This document shows, piece by piece, positions 54,289-64,000 of a stretch of 64,000 nt of DNA (the stretch's first letter is position 1; each line of letters opens with the position of its first letter). A program made the position numbers and the translations under genes. The notes below the pieces were generated by a model, which saw nothing but the letters and a program-made list of their open reading frames with translations, was not told where the DNA came from and did no database searches. The stretch is taken from positions 123,558 to 187,557 of the forward strand of contig PMXQ01000149.1 in assembly GCA_003171065.1 (NCBI GenBank), given 5' to 3'. Source of the stretch: Chloroflexota bacterium (GTDB lineage Bacteria; Chloroflexota; Limnocylindria; Limnocylindrales; CSP1-4).

Positions 54289-54444
54289 ATGGCGAGCCGA
54301 GACCGCCCGCACCGCCAAGAGAAGAAGAAGCCCAAGGACGCTGGGAAAAAGACCCCTCAGATCCAGCCCATGCTGGAGCCGCCGACCAACGTCGAGGTGT
54401 GGAAGCCGAAGCGGAAGCCGCGGACCGAAGAACCCGAGAGCTAG
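54289..54444 (+). CDS. possible small Lys/Pro-rich basic protein (51 aa)
   Basis: GGAGG lies 8 nt upstream of ATG 54289. G/C-rich third positions. [51 protein letters not shown]. No family recognised. Confidence 0.35.
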   Translation: MASRDRPHRQEKKKPKDAGKKTPQIQPMLEPPTNVEVWKPKRKPRTEEPES

Positions 54445-54515
54445 CAGCGGGCGGACGCCATCGGGCGACCCGTTCCGCTAATCCCGAGAGGACAGGAGCG
54501 AGGAGCAAGGTGGCG

Positions 54516-55592
<1,077 letters not shown>

Positions 55593-55598
55593 CCGGCC

Positions 55599-56231
55599 AT
55601 GCCTCGCACACCAGGGCAGGACCACCGGGAGTCGTTGCGCGAACGTCGTGAGCGGCGCGCCCTCATAGACGACCCCGCCGTCGTCCTGAACGCCGCGGCG
55701 CGGTTCCTCGAGGTTCGATCCCGCTCCGTCGACGAGTTGCGGCGGCATCTCACGCAGGCGGGGTATCGGCCCGATCTGGTCGATGCGGCCGTCGCCCGAC
55801 TGACTGAGCTCAGAATGCTCGACGACGCGACCTTCGCCCGCATGTGGGTGGAATCGCGCGACCGAGCCAGGCCGCGCAGCGAGGCGGCGCTGCGCCGCGA
55901 GCTGACCCTCAAGGGGATCGGCCGAGAGCTCGCGGCCGAGGTTCTCGACGAAAGGCGGGGCGGCCACCTCGGCGCGACCGGCGCGCTCGAAGGCGGTGGC
56001 AGTGACGCCGACGAGGCCGGGGAGGGCCCGGACATGTTGGCGGCCAAACGACTGCTGGCGAAGCGGGGCAGCGCCCTGGCGCGCATCCCCGACGCGCGCA
56101 CCCGCCGGCACCGCGCATACGCACTGCTTGCCCGCAACGGCTTCGACCCGGAGGTTTGCCGGGAGGCGACGAACCGGTACTTCGCGGCCGCGCCCGAACC
56201 GGCGGCCGAGCCCGCGGCCTGGGACGACTGA
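55599..56231 (+). CDS. recX: recombination regulator RecX
   Basis: Repeated three-helix modules (RSRSVDELRRHLTQAGY...VDAAVARLTELRMLDDATFARMWVESR). Positioned after recA. Confidence 0.85.
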   Translation: MPRTPGQDHRESLRERRERRALIDDPAVVLNAAARFLEVRSRSVDELRRHLTQAGYRPDLVDAAVARLTELRMLDDATFARMWVESRDRARPRSEAALRRELTLKGIGRELAAEVLDERRGGHLGATGALEGGGSDADEAGEGPDMLAAKRLLAKRGSALARIPDARTRRHRAYALLARNGFDPEVCREATNRYFAAAPEPAAEPAAWDD

Positions 56232-56508
56232 CTGCCGGCTGATTCCAGATTCCCCTCGGCACGCCACCCGGAACGAGGACCTTCGATTTCGCGGGCGCGT
56301 AACCGGATTGCCTCGTCCGCCGTAGACTACGCGCGAGACGAACAATGCGTCGCCAGCCCGTCTGAGGGCCGCGACGCCAGCTCGAATCATCGACAACGCG
56401 GCTTCATCCGATGGCGCCCCGGGAGCGGGCCCAGACCGGATTGGGCCGCCCCAAGCAGTTTCGACGTACCTCCGGCCCAGTCATCGGCCGGACGGGAGGC
56501 AAGTAAAT

Positions 56509-58038
56509 ATGGAAGTCGCCCTTGTGGCCACAGCCGCTGTGGTCGCCCTTGCCGTGGGCGTGGTCGTTGGTTTCCTGGCTCGAGGCCAGATTGCCAACCA
56601 GGCCGTGAAGAGCGCCCAGGACAAAGCCGGACGCATCGTCGCGGAGGCGCGCGCCCAGCAGAAGGAACTGATCCTCGAGGCCAAGGACGAAAAGCTCCGG
56701 CTGGCGCGCGAGGCCGAGGACGAAGCCCGGGCCAAGCGATCGGAGCTCTCCGGCCTGGAGAGCCGCCTGCTTGCCCGTGACGAGCAGCTCGACCTTCGGT
56801 CCGACATGCTCGAGCAACGCGACCGCAAGCTCCTCGACCGCGAGCGCGAGCTCGAGAACGCCCGTCAACAGCTCGCCACGGCCCAGCAGGAGCACGTGGC
56901 GGCCCTCGAGCGCGTCAGCGGCATGAGCGCCGAGGACGCCAAGGCCCAGCTCCTGGAGGCGGTCCGCGACGAGGCGGAGCGCGAAGGAGTGCGCATCGGT
57001 AAGGCGATCGAGCGAGCGGCCCGGGACGAGGCCGAAGACCGCGCCCGCGAGATCGTCATCACGACCATGCAGCGCATCGCGGCGGACCACACCGCCGAGC
57101 ACACGGTCAGCGCCGTTCACCTGCCCAACGACGAGATGAAAGGCCGCATCATCGGCCGCGAGGGTCGCAACATCCGCGCCCTCGAGCAGGCCACGGGCGT
57201 CGACCTGATCATCGACGACACTCCTGAGACGGTCGTCATCAGCGCCTTCGACCCGGTCCGCCGCGAGGTGGCCCGCCTGGCCCTGACCAAGCTCATGGCC
57301 GACGGCCGCATCCACCCCGGGCGCATCGAGGAGGTCGTCGCCAAAGCTCGTGCGGAGGTCGACCTAGTGATGCGCCAGGCCGGCGAGCAGGCCATCTACG
57401 ACGCCGGCATTCCGGCCCTTCCCTCGGAGATCGTCAAGCTCCTGGGCCGTCTCAAGTACCGCACCAGCTACGGCCAGAACGTGCTCGTCCACTCGGTCGA
57501 GACGAGCCGCCTGGCGGCCATGATCGCGTCGGAGCTCGGCCTCGACGTTCAGGCAGCCAAAGTGGGCGGTCTGCTCCACGACATGGGCAAGGCAGTCGAC
57601 CACGAGGTCGAGGGCCCGCACGCCCAGATCGGCGCCCAGATCGCGCAGCGCCACAACCTCTCGCCCAAGGTCGTGAACGCCATCGCGGCACACCACCAGG
57701 AAGTCGAGTACGCCTCCATGGAGGCTCCCATCGTCCAGGTCGCGGACGCCATCAGCGCTTCCCGACCGGGCGCCCGCGGCGAGTCGATGGAGACCTACGT
57801 CCGCCGCCTCGAGGATCTCCAGGCGATCGCCGAGAGCTTCGAGGGAGTGGAGAAGAGCTTCGCGGTCCAGGCCGGTCGCGAGGTTCGGATCCTGGTGCGG
57901 CCAGAACAGATCGACGACGTGACCGCGACTCGCCTGGCCCGCGATGTGGTCAAGAAGATCGAGGCCAGCCTCACCTACCCGGGCCAGATCAAGGTGACGG
58001 TAATCCGCGAGACGCGGGCCGTCGAATACGCCAAGTAG
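56509..58038 (+). CDS. rny: ribonuclease Y
   Basis: N-terminal TM, coiled coil, KH ([15 protein letters not shown]) and HD ([12 protein letters not shown]). GGGAGG Shine-Dalgarno. Confidence 0.95.
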   Translation: MEVALVATAAVVALAVGVVVGFLARGQIANQAVKSAQDKAGRIVAEARAQQKELILEAKDEKLRLAREAEDEARAKRSELSGLESRLLARDEQLDLRSDMLEQRDRKLLDRERELENARQQLATAQQEHVAALERVSGMSAEDAKAQLLEAVRDEAEREGVRIGKAIERAARDEAEDRAREIVITTMQRIAADHTAEHTVSAVHLPNDEMKGRIIGREGRNIRALEQATGVDLIIDDTPETVVISAFDPVRREVARLALTKLMADGRIHPGRIEEVVAKARAEVDLVMRQAGEQAIYDAGIPALPSEIVKLLGRLKYRTSYGQNVLVHSVETSRLAAMIASELGLDVQAAKVGGLLHDMGKAVDHEVEGPHAQIGAQIAQRHNLSPKVVNAIAAHHQEVEYASMEAPIVQVADAISASRPGARGESMETYVRRLEDLQAIAESFEGVEKSFAVQAGREVRILVRPEQIDDVTATRLARDVVKKIEASLTYPGQIKVTVIRETRAVEYAK

Positions 58039-58044
58039 CCGCCG

Positions 58045-58884
58045 GTGTCCCTCTCTGCCGGCCCGCCCCTCACGCCGGCAGGCCGGCGCGCCTGCCGCAT
58101 CCTCATGATCGGCGACCTGATCGGGCGGCCCGGCAGGCTGGCCGTTGAGGCGCTCCTGCCGGGGCTTCGGCGCGAGCGCGACATCGCCCTGGTCACCGCC
58201 AACGGCGAGAACGTGGCCGGCGGCATGGGCCTGACCGTATCCACTGCCGAGGGCATGTTCAAGTCCGGGATAGACGTCATCACGTCGGGCAACCACATCT
58301 GGGACAAGCGCGAGATGTACCAGGAGCTCGAACACGACGAGCGGATCCTTCGCCCGCACAACTACGGCACAGACGGCGTGCCGGGGCGCGGCTGGGGCAT
58401 CTTCCACGCCGCCGACGGCACGGACGTGGCCGTGCTCAACTTCCAGGGCCGGACGTACATGACCCCGATCGAGAACCCTTTCACCGATTTCGACCGCCTG
58501 GTGGACGAGGCTTCCGAGCCGTTGCCCCCGGTTCGCGTGGTCGACTTCCACTGTGAGCTGACCAGCGAGAAGAACGCCTTCGGCATCTACCTCGACGGTC
58601 GAGCCAGCGCGGTGGTCGGGACCCACACTCACGTTGCCACCGCCGACGAGCGGATCATGCCCAGGGGCACGGCCTACCAGTCGGATCTCGGCATGTGCGG
58701 GCCCGTTCACAGCGTCATAGGCTTCGACCCGGCTACGGTGATCCCGCGCTTCCTGAACGGCCTGCCGACGCGGTTCGAAGTGGGGACCGGCCCGGTCGTC
58801 TTCAACGCCTGCCAGATCGACGTCGATCCCGACACTGGTCGGGCGCTGGCGATCGAACGTGTCCAGCGCATCGTCGAGGTGTAG
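58045..58884 (+). CDS. ymdB: YmdB-family metallophosphoesterase (2',3'-cyclic-nucleotide phosphodiesterase-like)
   Basis: ILMIGDLIGRPGR...TANGENVAGGMGLT...ITSGNHIWD...DFHCE...GTHTHV... The start is uncertain (GTG 58045 or ATG 58105). Confidence 0.85.
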   Translation: MSLSAGPPLTPAGRRACRILMIGDLIGRPGRLAVEALLPGLRRERDIALVTANGENVAGGMGLTVSTAEGMFKSGIDVITSGNHIWDKREMYQELEHDERILRPHNYGTDGVPGRGWGIFHAADGTDVAVLNFQGRTYMTPIENPFTDFDRLVDEASEPLPPVRVVDFHCELTSEKNAFGIYLDGRASAVVGTHTHVATADERIMPRGTAYQSDLGMCGPVHSVIGFDPATVIPRFLNGLPTRFEVGTGPVVFNACQIDVDPDTGRALAIERVQRIVEV

Positions 58885-59101
58885 CGTGCCCGACGACAGG
58901 CGCTCGGATACACGCTTCCAGGAGCAACGGCACCGGGACGAGCTTCTCCGGCGGGCAGCCCACGCGAGCGGGAACGCCCATGCGGGCCCAGGTTCGCAGG
59001 ACGGTCCCGCACGCGCCGCAAGATCGGCCGATCCCCTGAAGGGCGACACCGGCTCCTATCGCTACCGCGCCACCGCCTACCGGGCCACTCAGGGCGACCT
59101 G

Positions 59102-60013
59102 GTGATACCGCCGCACCCGTCGCGCGTGGACCTGCATACGCACAGCTGCCGCTCCGACGGCGTTCTCGAGCCGCTGGAGCTGCTCGGCGCCGCGGCCGCG
59201 TCCGGCGTACAGGTTCTCGCGCTCTCCGATCACGACACCCTGGCCGGGGTTCGCGAGCTGCTGGCCCCCGGCCAGCCGGCTCTGCCGCTCGAGCTCCTGC
59301 CCGCGGTCGAGATCAACAGCGTCGCCATGGGCATTCCGCAGCTCTGGGAAGGCGAGCTTCACATTCTCGGTCTGGGCGTGGACCTGGACGACGACTTCTT
59401 CGAAGCCACGCTCGAACGCCAGCGAAGTTTTCGCCTGACGCGGTTCAACCGCATCGTCGACCGGCTCCGACAGCTCGGCTACCCGGTGGACGACCAGGTC
59501 GATGAGCTGCTGGCCGGTCAGGGCGCCGCCTCCGGCGCTGCGCTTGGCAGACCCCAGATCGCCCGCTGCCTCGTGGCCGCGCGGTACGCCTCCAGCGTCG
59601 ACGACGCGATGCAGCGTCTCCTCGGCCGCAGCAAGCCGGCGTATGTGCCCCGAGAGGGCCTTGGGCCGAGCGAGGCCATCTCGGCCATCAGGGCCGCCGG
59701 CGGCCTGCCGTCACTGGCTCATTTCGCCGACGCGTACGGGCGCCGCGAGCTGGTCGAAAACCTGACGAAGGTCGGGCTGGGCGGGCTGGAGGTCCATTAC
59801 CGCCACTTCGACGCCGACACGATCGCCGCCCTCGCCGACGTGGCTCGTGACCTGCGTCTGGTGGAGACAGGCGGGAGCGACTATCACGGCGACGGAGAGA
59901 CTTATGCTCAGGCGCACGCCGCCCTCTACGTACCCGACGAGGACGCCACGAACCTGTTCGCGCTGCTTGGACGCCGCCGTTTGACGATCCGCACCGAGGT
60001 CTCGCCTTCATGA
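59102..60013 (+). CDS. PHP-domain phosphoesterase (TrpH/YciV-like)
   Basis: VDLHTHSCRSDG...LALSDHDT...GGSDYHG. The start (GTG 59102) is uncertain. Confidence 0.8.
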   Translation: MIPPHPSRVDLHTHSCRSDGVLEPLELLGAAAASGVQVLALSDHDTLAGVRELLAPGQPALPLELLPAVEINSVAMGIPQLWEGELHILGLGVDLDDDFFEATLERQRSFRLTRFNRIVDRLRQLGYPVDDQVDELLAGQGAASGAALGRPQIARCLVAARYASSVDDAMQRLLGRSKPAYVPREGLGPSEAISAIRAAGGLPSLAHFADAYGRRELVENLTKVGLGGLEVHYRHFDADTIAALADVARDLRLVETGGSDYHGDGETYAQAHAALYVPDEDATNLFALLGRRRLTIRTEVSPS

Positions 60014-60132
60014 CCATGCGGCCGGAGGGGGCTCTCGCGCCGCTCGCGGTCGGTCGGGTCGAGATGGCGCGCCGCGCCGCGGCCCCAGCCGTCGATCCGG
60101 CCGTCTCCGAGTTCCGGCCTGGCGCCCACGAG

Positions 60133-61695
60133 ATGCCCCGCTTCTTCGTCTGGACGCTCGGCTGCCAGATGAACCTGAGCGACTCCGAGGAGATGGCCGG
60201 TCAGCTGCTCGCCGTTGGGTGCGAGCGTGCGCCCTCGTTGGAGATGGCCGACCTGATCGTCATCAACACCTGCGCCGTCCGCGAGCACGCCGAAGCCAAG
60301 GTCATCGGACGCCAGGGCCAGCTCGCCGAGCTCAAGAGGACGAAGCCCGGCGTGAGGGTGGTTCTGACCGGCTGCGGCGTCCGTGAGTCGGAACGAACCG
60401 GCCTGGCTCGACGCTTTCCGGCGGTCGACACGTTCCTGCGGCCCGACGAGGAACCCGAGCTGGCGCTCCGGTTGGGGCTGGTCTCCGCTCAGGCTCCCGT
60501 CGGCCTGCAGACGGCGACGACCGCGGCGACGACCGTTGTCTCCGGCAGGCCGGTGAGCGCCGCGGACCATCTGGCGCCCAACCGCGCCACCGCCCTGGCT
60601 GAAGGCCGCGTCGCCCGCTCTTCGACCATCTCGGCCTGGCTGCCGATCGTCTACGGCTGCGACAAGACCTGCACCTACTGCATCGTTCCGTTCTCCCGCG
60701 GGCCGGAGCGCAGCCGCCCCTTCGACGACATTGTCGCCGAGGCGCGAAGCGTTGCCGCCGCCGGGTTCCAGGAGGCGACCCTCCTCGGCCAGAACGTCAA
60801 CAGCTACGGCCACGATCTGCCGGCCGAGGCACGGTTCGGACACATCTCCACGCGCCGATCGAGCGGGCGCAGGCTCGACCTGCGGGGCCGGCCCGATCTG
60901 GCCGAGCTGCTGCGCTCGATCGATGCCATCACCGGCGCCGACGGCCGGCCGGCCATTCCGCGCCTGCGGTTCATCACCTCGCACCCCTGGGATCTTTCGG
61001 ACCGATTGATCGGCGCGATGTCCGAATGCCCGAGCGTCTGCGAGCACCTCCACCTGCCGATCCAGTCGGGCGACGACGTGACGCTGCAACGGATGGGGCG
61101 CCAGTACACCGTCGACCACTATCGCGACCGACTGACCCGGATACGCGCGGCCGTGCCGGGCATCGCCGTCTCCACGGACGTCATCGTCGGGTTTTGCGGT
61201 GAGACCGAGGCGCAGTTCGCCGCCACGCTGAAGGTCATGGAGGAGCTACGGTTCGACACCGTCTTCGCCGCGGCCTACTCGCCGCGCCCGGGAACCCCGG
61301 CGTTGCGCATGGCCGACGACGTGCCCGCGGCAGTGAAGCGGCGGCGGCTGAACGAGCTGCTGGCCCTCCAGGAGTCGATCGGCCTGGAACGCAACGGCGA
61401 GTGGCTGGGGCGCAACGTGGAAGTGCTTGTGGAGCGGATCACGCCCCGCAAGCGGCAGGCTGCCGACGAGGACAATCCGGCGGATGACGCTTCGCTCCGC
61501 GTGCCCAGCCTGTACGGTGCGGCGGGGGAGGGGAGCGTCGCCCTGGCGGGGCGGACACGGCACAACAAGCTGGTCCACCTCTCGGGCGACGCGGCGCTGG
61601 TGGGGAGCGCGGTGACCGTTCGGATCGAGTTCGCCGGGCCGTTCGCGCTGCGCGGGCGCCTCCTGCCCGAGCGCGCCATCGCTCCGACTTCGTAA
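60133..61695 (+). CDS. miaB: tRNA-i6A37 methylthiotransferase MiaB
   Basis: FFVWTLGCQMN, radical-SAM YGCDKTCTYC, and a TRAM C-terminus. Several lineage-specific insertions. Confidence 0.9.
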   Translation: MPRFFVWTLGCQMNLSDSEEMAGQLLAVGCERAPSLEMADLIVINTCAVREHAEAKVIGRQGQLAELKRTKPGVRVVLTGCGVRESERTGLARRFPAVDTFLRPDEEPELALRLGLVSAQAPVGLQTATTAATTVVSGRPVSAADHLAPNRATALAEGRVARSSTISAWLPIVYGCDKTCTYCIVPFSRGPERSRPFDDIVAEARSVAAAGFQEATLLGQNVNSYGHDLPAEARFGHISTRRSSGRRLDLRGRPDLAELLRSIDAITGADGRPAIPRLRFITSHPWDLSDRLIGAMSECPSVCEHLHLPIQSGDDVTLQRMGRQYTVDHYRDRLTRIRAAVPGIAVSTDVIVGFCGETEAQFAATLKVMEELRFDTVFAAAYSPRPGTPALRMADDVPAAVKRRRLNELLALQESIGLERNGEWLGRNVEVLVERITPRKRQAADEDNPADDASLRVPSLYGAAGEGSVALAGRTRHNKLVHLSGDAALVGSAVTVRIEFAGPFALRGRLLPERAIAPTS

Positions 61696-62637
61696 GTGGC
61701 CGCGCCCGCCGGCCTCCCGCCCCTCGTCGTCCTTGCTGGAACGACGGCCAGCGGCAAGACCGCCCTCTCGCTGGCCCTGGCCGAGGGGCTCGGCGTACAC
61801 GGCGTAGCGGCCGAGATCGTCTCCGCCGACTCACGCCAGGTGTACCGCGGCATGGACATCGGCACGGCCAAGGTGACGGCCGAGGAACGCGCGCGAGTCT
61901 CGCATCATTGCTTGGATCTCGTGGATCCGGACCAGCCGTTCAGCGTCGCCGAATATTCGGCCTGTGCCAGCGCGGCGCTGGCGGGCATCGCCGCGCGTGG
62001 CGCCGTCGCGCTGCTGGTCGGTGGGACGGGCTTCTATCTCCGTTCCGTGGCCCGCGGCCTCGCCGTCGAACAGCTGCCCTGGGACCCGGACGTGCGCGCG
62101 TCTGTGGAGGCCCGGCTCGCCATGGAGGGATTGCCCGCGCTCGTCGCCGAGCTGCGCGAGCTCGCCCCCACCCGCGCCGCTGCCGTTGATCTCCGCAATC
62201 CACGCCGCGTGGTAAGGGCCGTGGAGATCGCCCGCCTCCGCGGAGACGCGCCGCTCCCAGAACCTCGCGGCTACGGCCGGCCGGTTCTGTGGCTCGGCCT
62301 CGGGGTCGAGCCGCCGGTCCTGCGCGAGCGCATCCACGCCCGCGCCCGCGCCCAGTTCGACGCCGGCCTCGTCGAGGAGACGCGCGCCCTCGTCGCCCGC
62401 TTCTCGCCGACTGTCCCCAGCTTCTCGGGGATCGGCTACGCGGAGAGCCTGGCCCTGATCGAAGGCCGCCTCACACGCGACGAGGCGATCGCGCAGGACG
62501 CCCGCCGAAACATCGTCTTCGCCCGCCACCAGGCAACGTGGTTCCGCCGCGAGCCGGACATCCGCTGGCTCAACGCCACGCACGAGCTGCCGCTGCCAGA
62601 GGCTCTATCCGCGACCCAGGAGTACCTCGCCGTCTGA
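61696..62637 (+). CDS. miaA: tRNA dimethylallyltransferase MiaA
   Basis: LVVLAGTTASGKTALSL...SADSRQVYRGMDIGTAK...HHCLD...GGTGFYL... Confidence 0.9.
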   Translation: MAAPAGLPPLVVLAGTTASGKTALSLALAEGLGVHGVAAEIVSADSRQVYRGMDIGTAKVTAEERARVSHHCLDLVDPDQPFSVAEYSACASAALAGIAARGAVALLVGGTGFYLRSVARGLAVEQLPWDPDVRASVEARLAMEGLPALVAELRELAPTRAAAVDLRNPRRVVRAVEIARLRGDAPLPEPRGYGRPVLWLGLGVEPPVLRERIHARARAQFDAGLVEETRALVARFSPTVPSFSGIGYAESLALIEGRLTRDEAIAQDARRNIVFARHQATWFRREPDIRWLNATHELPLPEALSATQEYLAV

Positions 62638-62737
62638 CGCCCGACCGATCGCCCGGAGGCCGCCGGCGTCCGTGGCCGGCGAGGGCCGTTGCCCGCCATC
62701 AGATCAAGGCTCCGCCGTGCCGGTTTCCTGACGGCGA

Positions 62738-63100
62738 CTACGCGATGGGCGGCTGGCCGAGCTGCGCGAGCAGGTTGTTGACGGCGCCGCGGGCAATCGA
62801 CCGCGGCAGGACACCCCTCACGCCGCCCGACTCAATTCCCATGTCGGTCGGGATCAGGAAGACGGCGCAGATCCGCGCCACCAGGGTGGCGTGGATCCAG
62901 GTTTCCAGGTGAACCGCTGGACCGGACTGGCGGACGGTGAGCGGCATGGCACCGGTGAGGAATCCGTTCCCGCGCTGGTAGTTGCGGGTGCCGTCCGGCG
63001 AGATACCGCGGAAGCCGTAGTGATTGGACTGGGCCCACGCATCCACGATGGGTGCGACGTCGAGTCCCGCCTGGAAGTCACGCACAGTCCTGGCCGCCAT
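62738..63100 (-). CDS. hypothetical protein (120 aa)
   Basis: Opposite strand between miaA and hflX. G/C-rich third positions. No family recognised and not Hfq-like. Confidence 0.45.
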   Translation of the reverse strand: MAARTVRDFQAGLDVAPIVDAWAQSNHYGFRGISPDGTRNYQRGNGFLTGAMPLTVRQSGPAVHLETWIHATLVARICAVFLIPTDMGIESGGVRGVLPRSIARGAVNNLLAQLGQPPIA

Positions 63101-63241
63101 CTCCTGCTCTCCTCATGGTGCCGATCGCCCGAGGCATGTGACGAACATCAGTGCTGGGGGACTCAGCCGGCGGACCGAGTATAGCCCCGCGGAAGGTGGG
63201 CCAGCTGGTCGCGCCCGATCCTTCGCCGGCAGCCGTTCGGC

Positions 63242-63247
63242 TATCCT
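63242..63247 (+). promoter_or_regulatory. -10-like TATCCT, 8 nt upstream of the hflX ATG
   Basis: CTATCCT-ggctcggt-ATG with no Shine-Dalgarno. Confidence 0.3.
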
Positions 63248-63255
63248 GGCTCGGT

Positions 63256-64000
63256 ATGACCAAGGACATGATCGATCTGACCGCGCCGGTGGAGCGCGCC
63301 TTTCTCGTCGCCGTCGACACCGGCGACGATCCCGGCTGGACGGCCGAGGAGTCGATCGCAGAGCTGGCCAGCCTCGCCGACACCGCCGGCGCCGAGGTCG
63401 TGGGCGCGGAGTGGCAGAACCGTCGCCATGTCGACCCCAACTTCTACGTCGGCAAGGGCAAGGTCGACGAGCTGGTGGCCGCCAGATCGGAAACTGGCTA
63501 CACGATCCTAATCACCGACGACGAGCTTTCGCCGGCCCAGCAGCGCGCACTCGAGGAAGCCGTCAAGACCAAGGTGATCGACCGGTCGCGCCTCATCCTC
63601 GACATCTTCGCCCTGCATGCCCAGACGCATGAGGGCCGCCTCCAGGTCGAGCTGGCACAGCTCGAATACCAGCTGCCACGCCTGACCCGCATGTGGACCC
63701 ACCTCTCGCGCACCGGCGGCGGCATCGGCACCAGAGGTCCCGGCGAGTCCCAGCTCGAGACCGACCGCCGCCTCGTCCGCGAACGGATCAAGAGGCTCAA
63801 GGAGCGGGTCGACCAGGTCGCCGAACAGCGCCGCACAGCGACCCGCGCCCGCGATCGGCGGCTCATCCCGACGGTCGCCATCGTCGGCTACACCAACGCT
63901 GGCAAGTCGACGTTGTTGAACTCGCTCGTCGGCCAAGAGGTCGTCAGAGCCGAAGACCGACTGTTCGCGACCGTCGATCCGACGTCGCGCCAGGTCAAGC
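63256..64000 (+). CDS. hflX: GTPase HflX (3' end outside the window)
   Basis: Own translation from ATG 63256; this ORF is not in the supplied track because it has no stop in the window. [54 protein letters not shown]. Confidence 0.9.
   Translation, partial: MTKDMIDLTAPVERAFLVAVDTGDDPGWTAEESIAELASLADTAGAEVVGAEWQNRRHVDPNFYVGKGKVDELVAARSETGYTILITDDELSPAQQRALEEAVKTKVIDRSRLILDIFALHAQTHEGRLQVELAQLEYQLPRLTRMWTHLSRTGGGIGTRGPGESQLETDRRLVRERIKRLKERVDQVAEQRRTATRARDRRLIPTVAIVGYTNAGKSTLLNSLVGQEVVRAEDRLFATVDPTSRQVK

Noticed and set aside
54249-54515. Searched for a LexA/SOS box (GAAC-N4-GTTC type) upstream of recA, and also upstream of yebC-ruvC.
   Set aside because: No convincing palindrome. The nearest string, tcGAACgcggAGGc, lacks the second half-site.

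Overview
GC-rich, densely coding bacterial chromosomal segment with roughly 60 genes; third codon positions are almost all G/C. Long shadow ORFs on the non-coding strand are therefore common, and I ignored them.

The 5' third (1-19.7 kb) is accessory-like:
- a Fur-family regulator divergent from a CbiM(N)QO Ni/Co ECF transporter
- a multi-GAF GGDEF protein
- an orphan family-5 solute-binding protein coupled to a gluzincin peptidase
- DUF951 plus an MFS transporter
- a processive GT2 synthase
- three secreted or lipoproteins of unknown function
- an MFS gene remnant, a DUF1801 protein and an IS481-like transposase remnant next to tRNA-Val(GAC)

The rest is core housekeeping:
- T-box-led thrS, infC-rpmI-rplT, T-box-led pheST
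- cvpA-mpg-mutS2
- FemAB-like/murJ/class A PBP wall genes, then tyrS
- a his operon (TrpR-like gene, then hisG D C B H F IE on the minus strand) with hisA divergent
- an EF-G paralogue
- yebC-ruvC-ruvA-ruvB-tgt
- recA-recX-rny-ymdB
- a PHP phosphoesterase, miaB-miaA, and hflX, which runs off the 3' end

I found no rRNA, CRISPR array, intact mobile element or recognisable defence system.

Gene content (RNase Y, MutS2, YmdB, T-box leaders, Bacillus-like local synteny) in a high-GC background suggests a Terrabacteria lineage, such as Chloroflexota-, Dormibacterota- or deep Actinomycetota-like. I cannot resolve this further from sequence alone.

The most anomalous observation is five same-direction (+1) frame breaks confined to hisG and the TrpR-like gene upstream of it, while all neighbouring genes are intact. 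The best candidate for an undescribed functional module is a translationally coupled pair at 15.1-16.8 kb. It consists of a secreted protein with a clan-CD-like His/Cys dyad and a three-repeat PepSY-like protein, followed by a beta-propeller lipoprotein.

Other recurrent signals:
- -10 hexamers 6-8 nt upstream of ATG starts (leaderless geometry)
- a non-AUG (ATC) infC start
- a His-rich tail on CbiO
- C-terminal helix plus Arg-tail anchors on two exported enzymes

I did not find convincing evidence for a wholly new multi-gene system. All functional calls come from motif recognition by eye and need database confirmation.
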